From contig CBDUQG010000002.1 in the NCBI GenBank assembly GCA_965369305.1, positions 1 through 33,631 of the forward strand: 33,631 nucleotides of DNA, in the 5' to 3' direction. Position 1 is the stretch's first letter; each line of letters opens with the position of its first letter. This DNA comes from an uncultured bacterium. Lineage in GTDB: Bacteria > Patescibacteriota > Gracilibacteria > UM-FILTER-43-11. Positions 26,967-33,631 of this stretch are shown here, one piece after another. Position numbers and translations under genes: made by a program. The notes beneath the pieces were generated by a model. The model saw only the letters and a list, made by a program, of their open reading frames with translations, had not been told where the DNA came from and did not search any database.

Positions 26967-27926
26967 TTAGCCGCGCATGATGAGGAATATGATGTAAAAA
27001 ACATAACAAGCCAAAAAGAGCCAACCGTCAAAACGACTCACATGATTCTTTTGTCCGGTGAACGCAAAGGCAAAGAGCATGATGGCCGCCCCAAGGTATA
27101 CCAATATATCTGTATTGATTTCCGGGCGGAAAGGGAGGGGTTTGATGGTTGCCGAAAGACCCAGCACCCAGAACACATTAAATAGGTTAGAGCCCACGAC
27201 ATTTCCGATGGCAATATCAGCATTCTTTTTCCAGGCAGCTACAGCCGATGTGGCTAGTTCTGGAAGAGATGTACCTACAGCGACGATAGTCAGGCCGATC
27301 AAAGCTTCACTGATACCGAACTTTGTAGCAATTTCGATCGCACCGTTGACCACCCACTGTCCTCCAAAAGCAAGCCCGAGAATACCAGCCGCTACCATCA
27401 CAAAAGCCTTCGCAATTCCATGTTTTGGCACGGCCCCATTGTTGTGATGTTCAGCTTTGGCAAGACCAATAGTGTAGTAGACAAAAATAATGAAGAAGAG
27501 CATCAGAATGATCCCGTCAATGCGCGTAAGAATAGATGTACTGGCGCCGTCAATAATGGCGTCATTGGCCAGAGCAAGAAGGGCTAAGGCCGCCAGAAAG
27601 TTGAGTGGAATTTCCTTCCAGGTCGTGCTTTTTTTGATGCGAAGCGGATAAATGGCTGCCGCAACACCCAAAATCAGGAAGATGTTGGCGATATTACTAC
27701 CCAAAACGTTACCGATTCCAACATCACCGGCACCCTGAAAACTGGCAATGATATTGACTAAAAGTTCGGGCGCAGAGGTTCCAAAAGAAACAATGGTCAG
27801 TCCGATCACCAACTGAGAAATCCCAACCCTATGGGCCAGAGAGCTACTACCATCAACAAGATAGTCCGCCCCCTTGATCAGGAAAATAAAGCCGAGAGCA
27901 AAAAGAATGTAGGTAAGCATGGGCAT
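26967..27926 (-). CDS. Ca2+/Na+ antiporter (CaCA / YrbG family)
   Basis: The start is placed at MPMLTYILF (ATG at 27926; an alternative ATG is at 27920). Two alpha-repeat motifs are present (GTSAPELLVNI...GNVLGSNIANI and GTSLPELATS...GNVVGSNLFNV). Confidence 0.85.
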   Translation of the reverse strand: MPMLTYILFALGFIFLIKGADYLVDGSSSLAHRVGISQLVIGLTIVSFGTSAPELLVNIIASFQGAGDVGIGNVLGSNIANIFLILGVAAAIYPLRIKKSTTWKEIPLNFLAALALLALANDAIIDGASTSILTRIDGIILMLFFIIFVYYTIGLAKAEHHNNGAVPKHGIAKAFVMVAAGILGLAFGGQWVVNGAIEIATKFGISEALIGLTIVAVGTSLPELATSAVAAWKKNADIAIGNVVGSNLFNVFWVLGLSATIKPLPFRPEINTDILVYLGAAIMLFAFAFTGQKNHVSRFDGWLFLACYVFYIIFLIMRG

Positions 27927-27982
27927 GAAAAATAACTGCAACCATATTAAATATTCAGGCGTATAATGTACATGGCATGTAG

Positions 27983-28011
27983 TTGACAAAAAATGAAATA
28001 TTGGTCATAAT
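27983..28011 (+). promoter_or_regulatory. Sigma70-type promoter (TTGACA-17 nt-CATAAT) for the 533-aa gene
   Basis: Read directly from the sequence. The -10 ends 12 nt before TTG 28024 and 18 nt before ATG 28030, which implies a very short or absent leader. Confidence 0.55.
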
Positions 28012-28023
28012 TAACAGCCATAG

Positions 28024-29625
28024 TTGTCCATGTCACCTAATCAACCCGACAAACCAAAGGAAGAATTCACACCCAGACAATATTTAGAAGTTATTGGGCT
28101 GGGAACTGGCAAAGATTTAGATCGCCGAAAGCTAGTGGAATACCTCAAAAAAAATGGTGGTGAAGTTATTCGGGAAACCCGTAGACTCATCAGGGAGCAT
28201 ACTGGTTTTGAGCCAAATGGACTTAAAGCTAGAAAGGATACAAACGGCATGCCACCAACCTCATCAAGGCTTAATGCAAAGGAGCAAGCAATCAATGCTC
28301 AACTAAAAGCTAAACTTGAGTTTCTCCAAAAATACAAGGAAGAGAAAAGGGAGTCGGGCCTAAGTAGTATGGGCTATGAAGCTGACAAATATATCAGGCA
28401 ACTGATCAGTGATGTTTTTCCAGGTGATGGGTCTGCGTCACTAAACGGAGAAATTGCGAGTTGTAATGATGCAGCCAAATTAGTACTTTGGTCTTTTGAT
28501 GACAGATATGCACCCATAATTAAATTTGAAGCAGCCCGTAAGTTGCTCCTGATGAAATTCATCGCTGAAATTCGTGATTACAGCAAACAAGAGGAGGATA
28601 ACGACAAAGCGCTTCAGTACATGATGGATGTCTTCAACGAAAGAGTGGTCGATCTACCCGAAGGTGGCAGAATTGGTGACACGGTTCCACATTATCTTCT
28701 TTCAACTCATGACCCTGAAGATTATCGTACAGTAGATGCCAAACTCCTAAAGCAAAAGCCTAATAGCATGGAAGGTAATCGTCCCACTCAGCTAACCAAA
28801 CTTCCATGCCGCAGAACAATAGTTATAAACCTTGAGGGGGAGGAAAGAGAAATATTCTTCTACCTCGACCAGCGAGGTAAAACACCTGAATCCAGACTAA
28901 CTAAAACACTAAGGTACGGTTCAAAAATAGGAGAAAAGGATCTGGATCGAAACGGGTTCAAGCTTGTATTTGAAGAACGTGAAGACTGGGAGGATTTCTT
29001 CAGAATGTTCCAGGAGGAGATCAAGAACGAAGTCAAAGATGACTTGTATGACCGGATGGACGTGGCAGAATCTGAAGAAGACCTTGCAAGGTTACAGGCC
29101 CGGATTGACAACATAGATGAATCTATTGAGATTGATGAAAAAGAGTGGAAAGACAGCCTTGATGGAAAGGGCTTTAAAGGAAACGGAAAAGGAAGTTCCG
29201 AAAATCTTAAGGTGCTCAAATTTAAGATGAAAGTAACACGAGGAGACGGTCGCAAACACCAATATGAATTTCAAATCTTTCTACCAGATGGATTTGCTGA
29301 TACGGAATACCGCAAAGGAGTGAGTTGGGATGAGTACCATGCCAAGCGATTCTTCAAAGAAAAGCTTGATGAAGTACTATTTCCACCTGAGCTATATCCA
29401 GATATTGACCGCAAAAAGAGTCAGGAAGAGGCCATGAAGCAGGCACATGAAAAAGTGTGGGGTGATCAGGCCGCTATGATTCAATCCACTCCTCAATCAT
29501 CTGGTTTTTTCGCTTCCATTCTTCCACGAGCCATTCGCGAAGGTGTGCTTCCTGCTTTGCGGGATCGATATTTGGCCCTAAAAGCTCGTTTCTTTTCACT
29601 TCTTGACCGTGTGCGTGGAAAGTAG
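28024..29625 (+). CDS. Hypothetical protein with a putative divergent RelA/SpoT-like nucleotidyltransferase core
   Basis: 533-aa ORF starting at TTG 28024 or ATG 28030. Residues ~265-445 carry, in order: R284-x-K-x3-S-x3-K294 (QRGKTPESRLTK), D308-R-N-G-F-K, a beta-strand LKVLKFKMKV, Y-E415-F-Q-I-F, and WDEYHAKRF. This is the motif order of the RelA/SpoT synthetase fold. The assignment was made by eye only. Confidence 0.35.
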   Translation: MSMSPNQPDKPKEEFTPRQYLEVIGLGTGKDLDRRKLVEYLKKNGGEVIRETRRLIREHTGFEPNGLKARKDTNGMPPTSSRLNAKEQAINAQLKAKLEFLQKYKEEKRESGLSSMGYEADKYIRQLISDVFPGDGSASLNGEIASCNDAAKLVLWSFDDRYAPIIKFEAARKLLLMKFIAEIRDYSKQEEDNDKALQYMMDVFNERVVDLPEGGRIGDTVPHYLLSTHDPEDYRTVDAKLLKQKPNSMEGNRPTQLTKLPCRRTIVINLEGEEREIFFYLDQRGKTPESRLTKTLRYGSKIGEKDLDRNGFKLVFEEREDWEDFFRMFQEEIKNEVKDDLYDRMDVAESEEDLARLQARIDNIDESIEIDEKEWKDSLDGKGFKGNGKGSSENLKVLKFKMKVTRGDGRKHQYEFQIFLPDGFADTEYRKGVSWDEYHAKRFFKEKLDEVLFPPELYPDIDRKKSQEEAMKQAHEKVWGDQAAMIQSTPQSSGFFASILPRAIREGVLPALRDRYLALKARFFSLLDRVRGK

Positions 29626-30403
29626 ATCCGTAAGGATCCTGAGAATTTGGATCCACACTAGAGCCAACTGTCATGTTAAGAATTCGAACTGGCTTATTCA
29701 TGGTTGCAGAAAGGGCGGTCATAAGCCCCCCACTTTTCGGGAAACAGGTGTAAGGCATGGTTTCATGCAGGTCGGGATATTTCTCAGCCATCTTTTCACG
29801 GGACTGAGTTAATCTTTTTTCAGTAGGCCGATGTCCATCAGGAAATATAAAGAGCGAGTCACCTGGTCTGAGTATTTTATCGCAGCCCTGCCTGATATCA
29901 GAAACAGCGGATTCACGATTTTTACGATTGATAGGAATCATCATGTTACCCAGATAGGCAGGCCAGCCTAAAATAGGTGGAAGCATTCTAGGATCATAAA
30001 GCATGCCCTTTTTACCAATGGGCCTGAGGTCAGGACTGAACTTTTTTGCCGCCACGTCACACCAGGACCAAAAGTAAGGATCATTGGGATGGTTAGACAA
30101 AATAATGCCCCGCTCACCCTCCCCAATTTCAGAAAATTCACCGTGTGTTTCCACATCATAATTCATAAAATCCTCAGCATGTGCTGCAGAGTCAGCGGCA
30201 AATCTGGCTGGCAAACCAGGAAAGCTTGGTCGCTCTCGTTTTAGCAAAGCCTTAAGCGCACCTCGATAAATTTCAGCATCATACTTAAAAAGAATCGGCA
30301 GTCCGGTAATGGCAAGAAACTTCTTTCGAATACTGTGTTCTGTAGGCAGCTTAGGCGCCAAAGCAACATCAGTTTTGCTCATTTTTTGAGAATTTTTGGA
30401 CAT
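29474..30403 (-). CDS. YihG / AGPAT3-5-type lysophospholipid (1-acylglycerol-3-phosphate) acyltransferase-like protein
   Basis: 309-aa ORF. An alternative start at 30382 forms an ATGA overlap with the upstream stop. It is collinear with E. coli YihG: ILSNHPNDP (vs NHRSWAD), FIFPDGHRPT (vs FVEGSRFT), CFPKSGGLMTAL (vs LPPKAAGIAMAL), REWLVEEWKRKNQMI (vs QQWLNSLWQEKDRLL). The catalytic box reads H-x2-D, not H-x4-D. Confidence 0.5.
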   Translation of the reverse strand: MSKNSQKMSKTDVALAPKLPTEHSIRKKFLAITGLPILFKYDAEIYRGALKALLKRERPSFPGLPARFAADSAAHAEDFMNYDVETHGEFSEIGEGERGIILSNHPNDPYFWSWCDVAAKKFSPDLRPIGKKGMLYDPRMLPPILGWPAYLGNMMIPINRKNRESAVSDIRQGCDKILRPGDSLFIFPDGHRPTEKRLTQSREKMAEKYPDLHETMPYTCFPKSGGLMTALSATMNKPVRILNMTVGSSVDPNSQDPYGSTFHAHGQEVKRNELLGPNIDPAKQEAHLREWLVEEWKRKNQMIEEWIES

Positions 30404-33360
30404 ACTTTATAAATAACGAGAGGTGATAATAACAGGATTGTCAAAAAAAGCAAAGTGCCACGTCCGCCTCCCTCTTCAGGCTCAACAGTTCTTAAATCAG
30501 CAGTAGCCGGTTCAATGGAGAGAAGACTCTTGAATTGTCCTGACTCATAAACACTGATCTGAACAGGTTTTGAAAAGTCGATAAGCTCTCTGGTCAAAGA
30601 TATATCAACTGGTGAATTTGCATAGGAAACGGTGACTTTTTGGTTAAGATTTAGTTCAAGAGTGAGCTTCTGGTTTTCATCATTCACCTCAGCAACCAGC
30701 CCGGAATAAACTGTAGCCGGAAGATCAGATTGGTAAGAAGTGAGCGGCCGGCTGAAGCGGTGACGAAGTCCCGAAGACTTCTTTTTTGCTTTTTTGGAAC
30801 GTGGCTTGGGCACCCAGTCTCCACCAGTATGACTAAATACTTCATTTGTGTGTGTTTTGTCATAACAGATCTGATCAACCAACATACCCCATGGATCCAG
30901 CAAGTTCACGCAGTCATTACTGTTGTTTAGAGAAAGTTTTGTCTCTTGCTTTCGAAAAGTACGAATAGCACCAGGAGCAATGGCACCACCCGAAATCACA
31001 TGAGGATCTGATCCAACATCAAGATTATCGTCTAAAGACCATCCATATAGACAGATTGTCACCGGACCGGTATTAATGAGCTTTATATATTCAGTAGCCT
31101 CACCTTTTTTTGGAGCTGGCAGGAAGCTATCGATTTTTAGATGTTCTGACGAGCAGTCGGGCCCACTAATAACAGGGGCTTCTGCCTCTTCTGGCAGAAC
31201 TACTTCCTCTTCAACAATCTCTTCTTCAAGGAGGAGTAAGAGTTCTTCATCCAGAACTAATTCTTCTTCAGATTCTTCTTCAAGTAGCTCTAAAAGGAGA
31301 TTCCCGACTTTTTTATTCTGCCAAAGTCCTAATTCTGATTCCTTGGCTTCAGACTCAGCCAGAACAAAATCTTCAAGGTGCGTAAAAGGAAATCGGGTAT
31401 AGGCATGGCCATAGCCTTGGGCCACAATAGAACGGTTAATCATTTCATCACCCAGGTAAACGTAGGCAAGCACGCGACCATATTTATCTATTTTATTCTC
31501 ATCGAACTCCAAGGTCACCCATTGACTGCCAAGCTTTTCGGAAAGAAAGTTTGACGCCTGCTTTCCAAAATATTCGACGGGCTTAAAGGGGTGAACAGTT
31601 TCCGGAGTATCAACTCCAATGAGGCGCACAGTTAGTCGCCTTTCGTCAAAACTCACCACCAAGGTATCTCCGTCAATCGTTCTGACAACCTCGGCCTCCA
31701 TTCCGTTTTTGAGAGCATCAGGATTAAAAAGCCACCGTCCCGAAGCAGATGACTTCCATTTGATTTCATCAATGAAGTTTCCAGTCGCATCAAAAAGGGT
31801 GAGGCTCTCATCAGAGTTATTGAGCGAAACTTTAAAATCCTGACCTACCAAGGTGAGCGAGTCTTCGGGCTGAATGCTGAGGTCCGCCAGCAACTTTTCT
31901 GATCCGCTCGCATCCAGAATCGACCAACCTGCAAGACTGACTGGTTCAAACGTTTTGTTAGAAAGAATGATTTTTTCATTTCCTGAATCCGTGCCTTCAG
32001 GATTGGGCAGTACACTTTCAAAAACCACATCACCTGGCTGATAAGGTTTGGGTGGCGGAGGAAAGTCATTTGGATCACCAGGAGTAAAATTAGGCGTCCA
32101 CTCATAAAGATCACCAGACACTCTAGCATAGGTCCAGTTTTCCTGAGCTTCAGAATACTTTATTTCCTGATTCACATTCTTGTTTGGATCAAGCACCCGC
32201 ACAACGTCTTCTGAATTTTTGAAAGACAAACCTATATCTGGTTCAGAAAAAACCAAATAGGAATCAGGCATGATCACTGTGAAGTCTGGAATTTTATAAG
32301 GCCGGCTTTTACCTTCGGCGTCATCAATGTACCAACCCGAAAGATCAATGCCGAAAGGATTAGGATTATAAAGCTCCACCCACTCATTTTCATCATCCTT
32401 GCCTTCGGGAGAAGGCATGACTTCGTTTATTAGATTGTATATGGGATAGATCTCGTCTTCAGGACCACCGCCTGACCCCTTTGGTTTGGCCTCAAAAGTG
32501 ATTTCCGCCTCACTGAAATCACCGTAAGAATCGGTCACTCTCAATCTAACGATTTTTTCACCCGACTGTTCATAGGTGTATTTCAGAGGGTTCTCACGTT
32601 CATCAAAAACACCCTCTTCAAGCTCCCACAGGAAGGTCAGCTTGTCTCCATCAGGATCATAACTAGATTCCCCTGTCACATTGAGCTTCATGTGCTTGGT
32701 GTCCTTTTGAATTTCAATAACGGCAACCGGAATCTTGTTTGGCTCGATAAAATTCAGCTCACCTGGCGTGGGTGTTTTAAAAACCAGCCACTCTTCATAG
32801 TTTTCAGGGCTTCTACCCCAAGAACGACCTGAACCCTGAGAATCGAATTCAAAGAAATCCATCAATTCACCCTCAGCATTGAATAGGCTAACAGAATCAG
32901 TGTCGTTATTGAGAGTGATTTTAGTTTCAGGACGAAAAAAGACTAAATAGGAATCGGGCTCGAGCACATAATTCAGACTTTCATTGTCAAAAGTATAAAG
33001 TCCGCCATCGGATCTTGCGTCATCCAGCTGCCAACCCAAAAGATCTACCGGCTCAGAACCCATATTGTATAGCTCAATGAATTCATTCTCACTGTCCTTT
33101 TCAGAAGGATCAGCGAGCACCTCATTGATAACAATGGCTGAATCTATTTCTGATTCAGATTCAGATTCAGATTCAGGCTCTGACTCAGGTATCGGTTCTG
33201 GGTCTTCCGGCTCCAACTCAGGGACTTCCGTATCAGAGTCTTCTGGCAAGGATTCTGCTTCCTCAAATGGAGCATCGGGCACTTCATCAGCCAAAGCAAT
33301 GAAGCTAGACTGGAACAGAAACAGCTGTAGGGAGAACAGAAAAGTGAAGATTTTTTTCAT
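30379..33360 (-). CDS. Secreted, C-terminally membrane-anchored multidomain nuclease: LTD - PKD - LTD - LTD - staphylococcal nuclease (SNase) - acidic linker - LTD - TM
   Basis: 993-aa ORF with a signal peptide. It has four lamin-tail-domain signatures (INEVL..EFIELYN..VDLLGWQLDD; INEVM..EWVELYN..IDLSGWYIDD; two more degenerate) and a PKD-like module (SSYDPDGDKLTFLWE). The SNase core has intact catalytic motifs (IDGDTLVV, VRLIGVDTPET, YGRVLAYVY). A C-terminal TM helix reads LLFLTILLLSPLVIY. Confidence 0.8.
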   Translation of the reverse strand: MKKIFTFLFSLQLFLFQSSFIALADEVPDAPFEEAESLPEDSDTEVPELEPEDPEPIPESEPESESESESEIDSAIVINEVLADPSEKDSENEFIELYNMGSEPVDLLGWQLDDARSDGGLYTFDNESLNYVLEPDSYLVFFRPETKITLNNDTDSVSLFNAEGELMDFFEFDSQGSGRSWGRSPENYEEWLVFKTPTPGELNFIEPNKIPVAVIEIQKDTKHMKLNVTGESSYDPDGDKLTFLWELEEGVFDERENPLKYTYEQSGEKIVRLRVTDSYGDFSEAEITFEAKPKGSGGGPEDEIYPIYNLINEVMPSPEGKDDENEWVELYNPNPFGIDLSGWYIDDAEGKSRPYKIPDFTVIMPDSYLVFSEPDIGLSFKNSEDVVRVLDPNKNVNQEIKYSEAQENWTYARVSGDLYEWTPNFTPGDPNDFPPPPKPYQPGDVVFESVLPNPEGTDSGNEKIILSNKTFEPVSLAGWSILDASGSEKLLADLSIQPEDSLTLVGQDFKVSLNNSDESLTLFDATGNFIDEIKWKSSASGRWLFNPDALKNGMEAEVVRTIDGDTLVVSFDERRLTVRLIGVDTPETVHPFKPVEYFGKQASNFLSEKLGSQWVTLEFDENKIDKYGRVLAYVYLGDEMINRSIVAQGYGHAYTRFPFTHLEDFVLAESEAKESELGLWQNKKVGNLLLELLEEESEEELVLDEELLLLLEEEIVEEEVVLPEEAEAPVISGPDCSSEHLKIDSFLPAPKKGEATEYIKLINTGPVTICLYGWSLDDNLDVGSDPHVISGGAIAPGAIRTFRKQETKLSLNNSNDCVNLLDPWGMLVDQICYDKTHTNEVFSHTGGDWVPKPRSKKAKKKSSGLRHRFSRPLTSYQSDLPATVYSGLVAEVNDENQKLTLELNLNQKVTVSYANSPVDISLTRELIDFSKPVQISVYESGQFKSLLSIEPATADLRTVEPEEGGGRGTLLFLTILLLSPLVIYKVCPKILKK
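33152..33175. repeat. Hexanucleotide microsatellite (GATTCA)x4 inside the nuclease N-terminal linker
   Basis: Four perfect tandem copies read directly, with degenerate copies on both sides. They encode the (SE)n tract. Confidence 0.9.
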
Positions 33361-33365
33361 ATTTC

Positions 33366-33450
33366 ATATCGGGAGGGATTACCGATATAAAAATGCCCCA
33401 AATAGATCTCAAAAATTTGCACGATGCAATTGGGTGAGACAACTTGGGGG
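33366..33450 (-). promoter_or_regulatory. Structured 5' leader of the nuclease operon: a terminator-like composite hairpin plus a start-proximal hairpin
   Basis: On the minus strand, CCCCAAg..TCTCA..TTGCA-tcg-TGCAA..TGAGA..tTTGGGG (33396-33450) is followed by cAUUUUUa. ATATCGG-9 nt-CCGATAT (33366-33388) then ends 5 nt before the ATG. Confidence 0.4.
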
Positions 33451-33497
33451 ATCCCGTAATACTTGTTTGGTGCCTAGAGTAAATCCGCAGGCTATGA

Positions 33498-33526
33498 ATA
33501 ATATGATATTTTTTGCATTATGTCAA
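33498..33526 (-). promoter_or_regulatory. Sigma70-type promoter (TTGACA-17 nt-TATTAT) for the nuclease operon
   Basis: Read from the reverse complement. It predicts a ~130-nt leader. Confidence 0.55.
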
Positions 33527-33577
33527 TATAATTCCATAATATACCCCCTCAAACGCTGAATTCTTGGGTTATTACCA

Positions 33578-33606
33578 TTGATTTCTCGGCTTATTTAAGG
33601 TATAAT
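33578..33606 (+). promoter_or_regulatory. Sigma70-type promoter (TTGATT-17 nt-TATAAT) reading out of the window
   Basis: Read directly from the sequence. An ATG at 33629-33631 at the window edge may start the next plus-strand gene. Confidence 0.5.
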
Positions 33607-33631
33607 TATCTAATAACCAAAAAAATAAATG

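Noticed and set aside
27927-27989. The 5' extension of the antiporter ORF (MSTTCHVHYTPEYLIWLQLFF).
   Set aside because: CaCA/YrbG proteins begin directly with the first TM helix (MPMLTYILF...). The extension also overlaps the promoter of the divergent 533-aa gene.
33065-33559. A 164-aa plus-strand ORF that is Ser/Asp-rich.
   Set aside because: It lies antisense to the acidic (SE)n/PE linker of the nuclease and runs into the intergenic promoter region. It is a low-complexity mirror ORF.
1-33631. Alternative genetic code (UGA recoding, as in some candidate phyla).
   Set aside because: All conserved genes translate full length under the standard code, and TGA is used as a genuine stop (for example 15080-15082 and 30379-30381).

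Overview
This is a compact, gene-dense bacterial chromosome segment. Hand counts of sampled 60-nt lines give roughly 32-45% GC. Genes use the standard code (TGA and TAA both act as stops) and almost none has a Shine-Dalgarno sequence, but several sigma70-like promoters are clear. Gene content and organisation fit a reduced-genome, possibly episymbiotic bacterium (CPR/Patescibacteria-like). That placement is an inference, not shown by the sequence.

The minus strand carries a fused transcription/translation cluster, rpoB-ssb-rpoC-rpsL-rpsG, followed by an SLH-domain surface protein and a PilB-type pilus ATPase. The rest of the window encodes:
- a degenerate GT51-like fragment and a secreted acidic protein;
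- a ~1 kb GC-rich (about 53-60%) single-gene island encoding a Cys-rich lipoprotein;
- dprA and a solo ribbon-helix-helix gene preceded by four TGGCGC motifs at exact 11-bp phasing;
- purM, ftsE and tRNA-Arg(GCG);
- a UPF0316 protein and an MFS-like protein;
- rpe, rpiB, a J-domain membrane protein and pheS;
- murA, a PrsW-like protease, murF and a CaCA antiporter;
- a 533-aa orphan protein with RelA/SpoT-like nucleotidyltransferase motifs;
- a YihG/AGPAT-like acyltransferase;
- a 993-aa membrane-anchored LTD x4 / PKD / staphylococcal-nuclease protein.

I recognised no rRNA, CRISPR array, transposase or integrase.

The candidates most worth a second look are the cryptic RelA/SpoT-like protein and its 152-nt convergent overlap with the acyltransferase; the nuclease-acyltransferase operon with its structured leader; the GC-rich island; the phased TGGCGC array; and ssb sitting between rpoB and rpoC. 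All family assignments rest on motif recognition by eye. No database search was run.
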